Below, piece by piece: positions 20,506 through 30,715 of a DNA stretch of 64,000 nt. The translations under genes were made by a program, and so were the position numbers. Position 1 is the first letter of the stretch, and each line of letters begins with the position of its first letter. The notes beneath the pieces were generated by a model. That model was not told where the DNA came from and made no database searches. It saw only the letters and a list, made by a program, of their open reading frames with translations. Origin of the DNA: an uncultured Verrucomicrobiae bacterium (GTDB taxonomy: Bacteria; Verrucomicrobiota; Verrucomicrobiia; Limisphaerales; UBA11358); NCBI GenBank assembly GCA_963820205.1, contig CAWFZJ010000024.1, positions 14 through 64,013 of the forward strand. Direction: 5' to 3'.

Positions 20506-21230
20506 ATTAAATATAACAAACATTGTATAACTATAATCAAGTAAGCTGATACAGCACGGGTACTTTTCAAAACGTGTGGTAAAAACGACGCATGTTCGGC
20601 AAAAAACTGCATTCGTCTTACGGTTTGAACGGTTTAGTAAAGCGTTCGCTTCAATTTGTTGGTCTTCAACGTATATATCGCCGAGGCAAAATTCTATTCG
20701 ATTTATGGAATCCTCTGGAACCTGTAGCTGGAATTCCAGCAGGATCTACGGTGACTGGTGAACGACTCCGGAGTCTTGGTCTTTTCGTGCCGTCTTTTGT
20801 TGGCAAGGAACGTGGTTGGATTTACAGGCCATGAGAACAATCCCTAAAAATCTACGTGCCAAATTTGGAAAAACGTTCCTCTGTGGTTTCTTTTTCGGAG
20901 TGATGATAACTTCTGCGCTTTTTCTTCCGAGATTAATTTTCATTTGGGCCATGGAGGTGCTCAAGTGAATCCTTTTTTTTACAATCTTTCCGTCATGGTC
21001 AACGCACCAAATTGCAGCTTGGCCGGAAGGTGTGCGTTTGATGTTCCTGGGGCGCGCAGAGGTCATGTCTGATTGGTGCGTTTGTCGTGGTATCGAGTTT
21101 CAAGATTTTATTTCGTCTGACTCTCGGAATGAGGCGATTGGCGGCTTGCATTTTCACCGGTCGATCTGTAAAAAGCTGCCGGCAGTTTGAAAATCCGTGG
21201 ATGTGAGGCAGATTGAATCCTGAATTGTTT

Positions 21231-22346
21231 ATGTGCATCAAACTTCGTTCGCTGTTCGTCGTGCTGGCGTTGCTCGCCGGCGTTCATCAGGTCGCTGCCC
21301 AAGGGACAAGGTTTTTCCGGATTTCCGGTCCGGCGGCAACGAAAATGACCGTGTTCCGATCGGACGGCACGCTGGTGTGGAGCAACGCGCTGGCAGGCAC
21401 GAACTATACCGTCCAGACCGTTACCTCGTTGCCCGGCGGAACCAATTGGGTGGATTATGTCCGGCTTTCCGTCACTCAGACCGTCAACACCAACCTGCTG
21501 TTTGACTTCAACCCGCCTGCCGGTATGGCGCTGATTCCGGCGGGTGTGTTCACGATGGGGGACACGCTGGACGGGGAGCACGATGCCGTTCCGGTGACGA
21601 ACGTGGCCGTGTCGGCGTTTTACATGGACGCGAACCTGGTGAGCTACAGTCAATGGCAGACGGTTTATTTCTACGCCACGAACAACGGATATGGTTTTAA
21701 CAATGCCGGTGCGGGCAAGGCGGAGGATCATCCGGTGCAGACGGTGGATTGGTATGACTGTTTGAAGTGGTGCAATGCGCGGTCGCAGCAGGAGGGTTTG
21801 GCGCCGGTGTATTACACGGATGCGGAATTGACTCAGGTTTATAATAATGGCGATAGTGGCACAACAGTCTATCCGAACTGGTCGGCGAATGGGTATCGGT
21901 TGCCGACGGAAGCAGAGTGGGAGAAGGCGGCGCGGGGGGGGTTGAGCAGGCAACGGTTTCCGTGGGGCAGCACGATTAGTGAAAGCCAGGCCAACTACCT
22001 CGGAAACACCAGCTATAGCTACGATTTGGGACCAAATGGCTACAACGCCGCCTTCGATACTGGGGGGTATCCCTACACGAGTCCGGTGGGGTCTTTTGCG
22101 GCGAATGGTTATGGACTCTACGACATGGCTGGGAATGTGTTTGAGTGGTGTTGGGATTGGTATGGGACGCCGTATGGTCAACCAACGGCTAATAATCCAA
22201 CCGGACCGACAACCGGGACCTACCGTGTGTTGCGCGGCGGCTATTGGAGCATCTACGCCTACTCCGCGCGCTGTGCCTGTCGCACAAGCCTCAACCCGAG
22301 TGTCGCCTACTACCGATATGGGTTTCGGTGTGTGAGGGGGCTTTAG
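21231..22346 (+). CDS. secreted formylglycine-generating-enzyme (SUMF1/FGE-sulfatase) domain protein
   Basis: ATG 21231 gives a signal peptide (MCIKLRSLFVVLALLAGVHQVAAQG); the tracked start at 21213 is a TTG. Motifs: MALIPAGVFTMGD, HPVQTVDWYDCLKWCNA, YRLPTEAEWEKAARGG, YDMAGNVFEWCWDWY, RVLRGGYW, GFRCVRG. Confidence 0.8.
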   Translation: MCIKLRSLFVVLALLAGVHQVAAQGTRFFRISGPAATKMTVFRSDGTLVWSNALAGTNYTVQTVTSLPGGTNWVDYVRLSVTQTVNTNLLFDFNPPAGMALIPAGVFTMGDTLDGEHDAVPVTNVAVSAFYMDANLVSYSQWQTVYFYATNNGYGFNNAGAGKAEDHPVQTVDWYDCLKWCNARSQQEGLAPVYYTDAELTQVYNNGDSGTTVYPNWSANGYRLPTEAEWEKAARGGLSRQRFPWGSTISESQANYLGNTSYSYDLGPNGYNAAFDTGGYPYTSPVGSFAANGYGLYDMAGNVFEWCWDWYGTPYGQPTANNPTGPTTGTYRVLRGGYWSIYAYSARCACRTSLNPSVAYYRYGFRCVRGL

Positions 22347-22835
22347 TCTTTTACTCTTTAACACTTTTTGTTGACATCCGAGTTTCACAATTTTGTAGTG
22401 TGCTCGTCCAAACATTAATGCGACTCTGTCCCCTGCCCTGCACATGATGAAAACGGTTATTAGCGCATCAATCCGGACTGTCCGGCGGTTATGGCCAGGA
22501 TCAAGCCGCAACTGTTGCTCTTGCAGGAATATAAATCAATGGATGCGACTTCCAGAAAAGGTTTCGGATTTTTCAACGCAGTCAGAGTGAAACGCAGCGG
22601 TCTGCTCTTGCCATCCGCGAAATACTCACCATGCCATGCCAGTCTCGAATTGGGGTCGGTTGGACCGAGGATGGTCCTGCCCTTGTTGGCATACTAGTTA
22701 AAAGGCATCTTAAAGCACACTTTTTTCGACTCTGATGCGCTGCCAATAAAGCTTCCCTTTGACACGCCAGACAATTCCCGTCAGTTCATTTGATGGTATG
22801 ATCGTGGGTTTATAAAACCCATGTCATGTGTTTTT

Positions 22836-22880
22836 ATGACATGAAATTTTATGACATGAATTTTCACGACATGAAAATTT
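22836..22880. repeat. three tandem 15-bp direct repeats in the leader of the pilin-like gene
   Basis: tatgacatgaaattt (22836-50), tatgacatgaatttt (22851-65) and cacgacatgaaaatt (22866-80). They end 47 nt before ATG 22927. Confidence 0.85.
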
Positions 22881-22926
22881 GGCTGCCTCAGCTAGGTTGC
22901 TTCAAATTCAACAACACAATAACGAT

Positions 22927-23769
22927 ATGAAAAATAACTTTGAAAAATGTTACAAATTCCGGTCGGCGTTCACGCTGATTGAACTTCTAATCGTCATCGC
23001 GATCATTGCGATTCTGGCGGCGTTGCTGCTGCCAGCCTTGAAAGAGGCCAAGCGAAGGGCTCAAAGCATAGCCTGTTTGAACAACATGAAACAATTGGGT
23101 CTGGCGCTGAACATGTATTTAACCGACTCCCAGGATTTCATGCCCTGGGTGAATTGGGGAAACGATCCTCTTTCCAGTGGTTGTCCTGCGGGGTGGTTAT
23201 ATGCCGGTGATCCCAATACGCCTAATAACCTTAATCAAGGCCTGGTCAAGGATACCGCGAACTGGCCCGCGTATCGGGTGGGCAACCTTAAGAACGGTGT
23301 TTATTGGCAATTCCTCCCCAATGCGAATACATTTTTCTGCCCGGTTTTCCTGGCGAATGTGGTGGGAACCAAAACTTGGGATGCTTATCAAAATAAATTG
23401 TCCACTTATGTTATGAATGGAGCGGCGGCCTTCTATCCTCCGATGGGGCAAAATGGCATATATGGATACAAGACTTGTAAGGCGAGCCAGATTTGGAGTC
23501 CCTTGTGCATTTTAAACTGGGAACCGGACGTGACCCAAGCGAACAACTACAATGACGGTTGCAACTACCCAAAAATAGATGAAGGCGTCGCCAAAACGCT
23601 TCACACCAAAGGCGCCAATGTGTTGGCGGTGGGAGGCAATGCGAACATGATGTCATTTAATGACTTCCTGGGTGAAATGAATAATCCGGTCTATGGCGAT
23701 TGCAACCACGGAAAAGGGTTGTTGTGGTGGAATCCAAATCAGTGTGACGGGCATGGACAGGATTTCTAA
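22927..23769 (+). CDS. prepilin-type N-terminal cleavage/methylation domain protein (type II secretion pseudopilin-like, DUF1559-like)
   Basis: From ATG 22927: [38 protein letters not shown], followed by [15 protein letters not shown]. This is typical of the expanded PVC pseudopilin-like family. Confidence 0.8.
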   Translation: MKNNFEKCYKFRSAFTLIELLIVIAIIAILAALLLPALKEAKRRAQSIACLNNMKQLGLALNMYLTDSQDFMPWVNWGNDPLSSGCPAGWLYAGDPNTPNNLNQGLVKDTANWPAYRVGNLKNGVYWQFLPNANTFFCPVFLANVVGTKTWDAYQNKLSTYVMNGAAAFYPPMGQNGIYGYKTCKASQIWSPLCILNWEPDVTQANNYNDGCNYPKIDEGVAKTLHTKGANVLAVGGNANMMSFNDFLGEMNNPVYGDCNHGKGLLWWNPNQCDGHGQDF

Positions 23770-23834
23770 TTAGCCGGCTTTTGTGGGCGTTGCCGGTTTT
23801 AGAATTCAATTTCTTCGACCTTCCATTGTTTAAA

Positions 23835-24626
23835 CTATTCCTTTGTGTCGTTGAATCGTTTGGCCATTTTGCGCACGAACCAACGGGGCATGATTCGAAC
23901 CAGTAAAAGGAGAACATGATATTGCCCGCCGATAATGGCCAGCGGTCTGCCCTTGCGAAAGGCGCGGTGGCCGCTGCTTGCAACGGTTGACGCCGTCATT
24001 TTGGGCGTATTCAGCCGCCGCGTTTTTTTGCCGTGCGAGACGTTGCCGAAATTGGTCGCCGTCGGGCCGGGACAAAGCGCCGTCGCCGTCACTCCCGTGC
24101 CAATGAGTTCGTCCGCGAGCGCCTCGGTGAAGGAGAGCACAAAGGCTTTGGACGCGAAATAGACCGCCATGCCGGGGCCGGGCAGGAATCCAGCCAGCGA
24201 ACCGACGTTGAGCACGCCGCCGCGCCGGCGTTCGATCATGCCCGGAAGAAACAACCCGGTCAGGTTCGTGAGTGCGGTGATGTTGACTTGAATCATTTCG
24301 AGCTGTCGCTGGAGCGGCAACCCGGCAAACGCGCCATTTGCGCCGAAGCCGGCGTTATTGACCAAAACGTCAACCTTGATTCCCCTGCCCTGCAATTCCT
24401 TGAACACGCGCGCCGGGATTTCGGGACGGGAAAGATCGGCGGTCAGAACGAGCGTCTCAATTTTATGTGTTTGTCGCAATTCGCCGGCCAGAGTTTCCAT
24501 CGCCTCGGGGTTGCGGGCGAGCAATATTAAATGGCATCCGTCCGCCGCAAAGCAGCGCGCCAGTTCCCGGCCGATTCCCGACGAGGCGCCGGTAATCAAA
24601 ACTGTTTCGTTGTTCGCTGCGTTCAT
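23835..24626 (-). CDS. SDR-family oxidoreductase
   Basis: TGASSGIGRELA (NAD(P)-binding), NNAG and the catalytic YFASK. Confidence 0.85.
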   Translation of the reverse strand: MNAANNETVLITGASSGIGRELARCFAADGCHLILLARNPEAMETLAGELRQTHKIETLVLTADLSRPEIPARVFKELQGRGIKVDVLVNNAGFGANGAFAGLPLQRQLEMIQVNITALTNLTGLFLPGMIERRRGGVLNVGSLAGFLPGPGMAVYFASKAFVLSFTEALADELIGTGVTATALCPGPTATNFGNVSHGKKTRRLNTPKMTASTVASSGHRAFRKGRPLAIIGGQYHVLLLLVRIMPRWFVRKMAKRFNDTKE

Positions 24627-24641
24627 TTTGTTCCCTGCGGG

Positions 24642-25908
24642 TTATTGATTCCCCCATCCAAACCGGCTGGTAATGGGCCAATAGACGAAGAAGGATTTGC
24701 CGATGCAACTTGTTTCGGGAAAATCCCCCCAAAACCGCGAGTCCAAACTGTACATCGTATTGTCGCCCATGACAAAAAGATGATTGGGGGGCACTTGAAA
24801 TTCATGGCCCGGTTCCAGTGCTCTGATCAGCGCATGACCGTAGTACTGGTTTTCCTGGTAATGGATCGTTTTGGTTCCTGGCGGCACGGTGGAAAATGAA
24901 TAAAGATTTTCAAAATGCGGGGTGGACGCGGACAGCGGCTGGCCATCCACCACGAGATGGCCGACCGGCACGGCCTCGCCGCCGAATTGCGCCGCCCCCG
25001 TCACTTCGTAATCCTGGGCCAGTGAAAGCGTCTCGCCGCCCAGTCCCACGAGGCGTTTGATGTAAAACTGGTCGCCCGGCATCCCGACCGCCGCCCGGCG
25101 ATCCTCCGGGACTCCCGCCGTTGCGAAAACGATGATGTCCCCGCGGTGCGGTTTGCGAAAATTATAACTCAGCCGGTCCACAAACAGATGGTCGCCCGCA
25201 GCAACTTTAATCTTCACCACATCCCGGCCCTTTTGACAACTTTGCCCTTCGCCAAACTCCGCGCGGGTCCGCAACCCGGCCCGCATCTGCAAATTTTGAT
25301 CGCCGTAGTCGGGCGGAAACCAGATCGTTTGGGACTGGCCGCCAATCCAGAGGGTTTGTTTGATGTTGAAAATCAAAAATCGGACCGGCGGCTCGACCGC
25401 ATGCAATTCGTCCGTCGCGTTCCGCGACGACATGAATGTAGGAAATGCCTTCAAACCATTCCTTGATTCGTTCCCACCCGGTCGGAATTTTGAAGTTGGG
25501 GTCGCCGGGCCGGCCATCGTGCGGCAGATAGTTTTTCGAGATGACGCCGAACAGCGTCGGCTGCATCGAACCGGTCGGGATTTTGAACGGCTGCACGAAA
25601 AACGTGCGGATGGCCATGGCCACCGCCACCGCCACGAGAATGACTTCCACATTTTCGCGCCACGCGGCGTTCGGATACGGCTTGAGCCACTTGTTGGCGG
25701 CGAAATCAAGCTCGTCCATCTTGATCCGGATTTTGCCGATGTTCTCTCCCGCCGCGACGACATCCCGCAACTGGTTCAGCGCGAGGGTTATTGCGCCGAG
25801 CGCCTGCGGCGAAAGCTGGTCGCGCTGCGCGGCCAGCAGCCGCTCAACATGACTTCGCAGCGCGCAGGCCTGCCGGACGGTTGGAGAAATGAACCAGCGT
25901 AAAATCAT
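24642..25908 (-). pseudogene. lepB: signal peptidase I, one frame break as assembled
   Basis: The N-terminal frame carries IRTFFVQPFKIPTGSMQPTL (Ser box). The C-terminal frame carries GDHLFVDRLSYNFRKPHRGDIIVF, YIKRLVGLGGETL, FVMGDNTMYSLDSRFWG and GKSFFVYWP. Removing one G at ~25422 joins ..YIHVVA to NATDELHAVEPP... Confidence 0.85.
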
Positions 25909-26143
25909 AAATGTTCAGCTTTGACACGAATCGCGCGAATTTTCACGAATTTAATTTGGGCAAAATATCCTCTATGCGGGCAAATAAAAGGAAATTCATG
26001 CCGCTTGAATTTATGCAATCTACACGTTACAAAATTGTTCTTGCGAAACAAAATTGTTTGGAGTTGAATCGCCACCGGTAGCAGGAAATCGCAGGAAATG
26101 GAAATCTCAATGGAAAAAGTCAGCCTTCTGTATCGGGTTCTAA

Positions 26144-27058
26144 GAGCTTATCCCTAAATAATCTTTACACCGTGTGTGGGCTTTGTTACGTTGTCGGCAT
26201 GAGCAAAGTTTACTCTTGGGAAGTGTCCGATGAACTCTGGACTCGGGTCGAGCCGCTGGTTCCAGTGCGCGCGGCGCGGGCCAAAGATCAAAAATACCAG
26301 CGGCGTCCCGGAGGCGGGCGCAAGCCGTTAAAATCGCGCTCCGTGTTCGCTGCCATTGTGTACGTGTTGCGGACGGGTTGTCAATGGAAAGCGTTGCCCA
26401 AGAGTTTTGGCAGTGCCACGGCGGTTCACCGTCGCTTTCAGCAGTGGCGCGCGGCGGGATTCTTCCGCCGACTGTGGCGGGCCGGTTTGGCCGAATACGA
26501 TGATCTGGAAGGGATTGCCTGGGAATGGCAGAGCATTGACGGCACTCAGGGCAAAGCTCCCTTGGCGCTGGAAGCGGTAGGCAACAACCCCACGGATCGG
26601 GGGAAAAAAAGGCACCAAACGCAGTTTGCTGGTCGACGGGACTGGCGTCCCGCTCTCGCTTATCGTCATCGGGGCCAACCGGCATGATGTGAAACTGCTG
26701 GCCGAAACACTGGACAGCATTGTGATTCGGCGACCCAAGCCAACCCGTCGGTGTCGCCAAAACCTGTGTGCCGATAAAGGCTACAGCGGCAAGCCCGCCG
26801 CCGCGATCATGCGGAAACGCGGTTATATTCCGCAGGTGCGGCAAATCGGCCAGGAAACCAAACCGATCTGCGGGCGGAAGCAGCCTGCCCGCCGATGGCG
26901 GGTGGAACGAACGCATTCGTGGTTGAACCGTTTCCGCAAGTTGCTGGTGCGGTACGAAAAGAAGGCGGAGAATTATCTGGGCTTGTTGCATTGCGCTTCG
27001 GCCTTGATTTGCTGGCGAATGTGTTGAATACGTAAAATCGTTATTTAGGGATAAGCTC
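26144..27058 (+). mobile_element. IS5-family insertion sequence (IS427/IS1031-like), 915 bp
   Basis: Perfect 18-bp terminal inverted repeats, gagcttatccctaaataa (26144-61) and ttatttagggataagctc (27041-58). They are flanked by a direct TAA duplication (26141-43 and 27059-61). Confidence 0.9.
26199..27027 (+). pseudogene. IS5-family DDE transposase, split at an A7 run
   Basis: MSKVYSWEVSDELW..RTGCQWKALP..NPTDRGKK continues as GTKRSLLVDGTGVPLSLIVIGANRHD..ADKGY..RWRVERTHSWLNRFRKL in the +1 frame. Deleting one A of 26604-10 gives a single ORF. Confidence 0.85.
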
Positions 27059-27159
27059 TAAGTGTTTCAACGGATAATTGATAATTACGGCAAAGGAACG
27101 TTCAAGTTCTTAAATGAACAAGATATCAGGATGCTGGCGCGGCTAATCGAAGAACTTCA

Positions 27160-27558
27160 ATGAAAACGGTAAGAATTGTCGTCCAACAAGGTCTTGATGC
27201 AACGGGTGAGAAAGAGGAATTTACGTGGGATCTGTATCCCTTGGTTGAAAGCTGTGAAGTCAAACATTTGGACGATCATGGTTTGCCAAAAAAAGGAACT
27301 CTGATCAAAGAAGGAATGATTGTGGTGGGTAAAACTGGCAGGGGGAAGGCATTCAATCCTAATCAAGTGCCTAATGCCCTTGAGTTGCAGGGAATGAAGA
27401 GGAAAGAGCTTCTGTCGAAGTATAGCGATTACTGGACAAACACCTCATGTTACGCATCACAAGACATGTTCGGACGTGTTCAGAATGCTCATTTCGAAAT
27501 AATAGATGGCAAATTGTGTGCGGTAGTTGAACTTGATCTGCCTCAGTTGGATTCCTGA
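27160..27558 (+). CDS. hypothetical 132-aa protein resembling an isolated RNA polymerase beta-subunit hybrid-barrel segment
   Basis: It lies in an AT-richer segment between the IS5 and lepA. HLDDHGLPKKGTLIKEGMIVVGKTGRGK ... NTSCYASQDMFGRVQNAHFEII parallels RpoB [28 protein letters not shown] ... [20 protein letters not shown]. The similarity was judged by eye only. Confidence 0.45.
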   Translation: MKTVRIVVQQGLDATGEKEEFTWDLYPLVESCEVKHLDDHGLPKKGTLIKEGMIVVGKTGRGKAFNPNQVPNALELQGMKRKELLSKYSDYWTNTSCYASQDMFGRVQNAHFEIIDGKLCAVVELDLPQLDS

Positions 27559-27562
27559 TATT

Positions 27563-29356
<1,794 letters not shown>

Positions 29357-29444
29357 TTACAAATCTCGAATGTCGAAATTCAAATTGTGAATCCGAGTAC
29401 AGCAGGATAACTACAATGTGAATGAAGAAAAGAAAATTCCCCTG

Positions 29445-30131
29445 TTAATCATTATCCGAGGCATCTCCGCGTTCTGATCTCGGGGCCAGAACCTTTAAAA
29501 TGCCGGTCAAAATCATCCACAGACCGGAGACACAGGCTATGGCTACGGACCCAAGGAGCCAGATGCTGATGAATCCGATTCTGAACAAGAGTAGAAAGGT
29601 TGCGGCGGCGCCGACGGCCACGAAAATACCCATCAGGATCTTCCCGATACCGTTGCCCCTGATGGTTCTCACCCTTTCCCGGAACATCGCACTAACCATG
29701 ACCGACGCCTCTTCGCGGCCGATTCCCTGAATCATCAAATACTTGATGACTTCCTCGGGTGGATCGCCCCAAATAATCTTTGCCCTGGCTTCATTTTGCG
29801 CCTTGGTATGGTCAACTTCACCCGCGCGGAGTTTGGCTTCCTGCGGCCTGACGCGAGGAGATGGTGCTAAGGCGGGCTGAACTGGCGGCGGGGTTGCGAC
29901 GCGTATGCGCGACCCGCTTCCCGTCGCGGCAGCAACGGTTGGTTGCGCCGACAGGCTTTGGGAGATAACCCCATTGGCCGTGGCGGTGCCATCGGCGCCA
30001 CAAGCTGGACAGGCAATGGCGCCTGGCAGGAGGTAAACGCCACTATCTGCATCGAATGCGTAATGTTGTCCGCATCCGCACTCAATCTTAATTGGAATCA
30101 TCATCGGTGCCGCTCCACTTTGCCGAGACAC
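29445..30131 (-). CDS. hypothetical membrane protein with an N-terminal zinc-ribbon-like CxC...CxxC motif
   Basis: ECGCGQHYAFD...CPACG is followed by a Pro/Ala linker and then 2-3 C-terminal TM helices. The tracked start is GTG 30131; ATG 30104 is an alternative. Confidence 0.45.
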   Translation of the reverse strand: MSRQSGAAPMMIPIKIECGCGQHYAFDADSGVYLLPGAIACPACGADGTATANGVISQSLSAQPTVAAATGSGSRIRVATPPPVQPALAPSPRVRPQEAKLRAGEVDHTKAQNEARAKIIWGDPPEEVIKYLMIQGIGREEASVMVSAMFRERVRTIRGNGIGKILMGIFVAVGAAATFLLLFRIGFISIWLLGSVAIACVSGLWMILTGILKVLAPRSERGDASDND

Positions 30132-30243
30132 ATGATGCGCCTAACCGGTCATTGAACCGCAAAAGTGCTTTTTGCGAAGGCAACACTATTGCCCGGCTTC
30201 ACCCTTGTCCACCAGAATTTACCTGGGTGGGAAACCAATCCCG

Positions 30244-30468
30244 CTAGGCAGAAACCAAAACGGCCTTGTTCTTTTTCAGGTATTTCTCAACGGTGGATAT
30301 GCCGCTGCAGGAGTTGGAGCTTCTGACGGCGTCGGGCTTGGCCAGTTTGTAATGCACCAGCAATTTGCCCACCATGCCTACTTGGAGATTCAATCCCGCC
30401 ATCCGCCAGACTTGACCGGTTTCCAGCGGTTTCAGGCTAATCCGGCGCACCGGCTTATTATTCTTCAT
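30244..30468 (-). CDS. conserved 74-aa hypothetical protein, paralog of 46596..46820
   Basis: From ATG 30468: MKNNKPVRRISLKPLETGQVWRMAGLNLQVGMVGKLLVHYKLAKPDAVR..VEKYLKKNKAVLV. The two copies differ largely at synonymous or conservative positions, which argues for a real protein. Confidence 0.55.
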   Translation of the reverse strand: MKNNKPVRRISLKPLETGQVWRMAGLNLQVGMVGKLLVHYKLAKPDAVRSSNSCSGISTVEKYLKKNKAVLVSA

Positions 30469-30567
30469 AACGGAGTTTGCACCGGAACTTTCAATTAGAC
30501 GAGTTAAATCGCAAGATAAATTGGGATGCAATCTGATACCCTTACCGATGGGGAAACTCATGATCCT

Positions 30568-30654
30568 CCTGGGAGCGCCGGCGTCCCGCCGGCCAGTCGG
30601 GAATTGAAACCGGAATTCGCCGGCGAGACGCCGGCGCTCCCAGGAACTGTGCCC
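30568..30654. repeat. long palindromic REP-like hairpin
   Basis: cctgggagcgccggcgtc (30568-85) and gacgccggcgctcccagg (30637-54) are exact reverse complements. A short version, cctgggagcgccagtgctcccagg, lies at 33891-33914. Confidence 0.85.
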
Positions 30655-30715
30655 CGGTTCAGGGGGTTAAAGCATGAATTCGTTCGGGAGAATTCTCAAG
30701 CGTAGTGAATTTCCA

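Noticed and set aside
26604-26610. Programmed -1 ribosomal frameshifting in the IS5 (A7) and IS630 (A8, 60327-60334) transposases.
   Set aside because: In both cases the downstream ORF is in the +1 frame relative to the upstream ORF, and deleting one A gives a continuous transposase. The same kind of one-base excess occurs in housekeeping genes across the window, so a homopolymer error is the simpler explanation.
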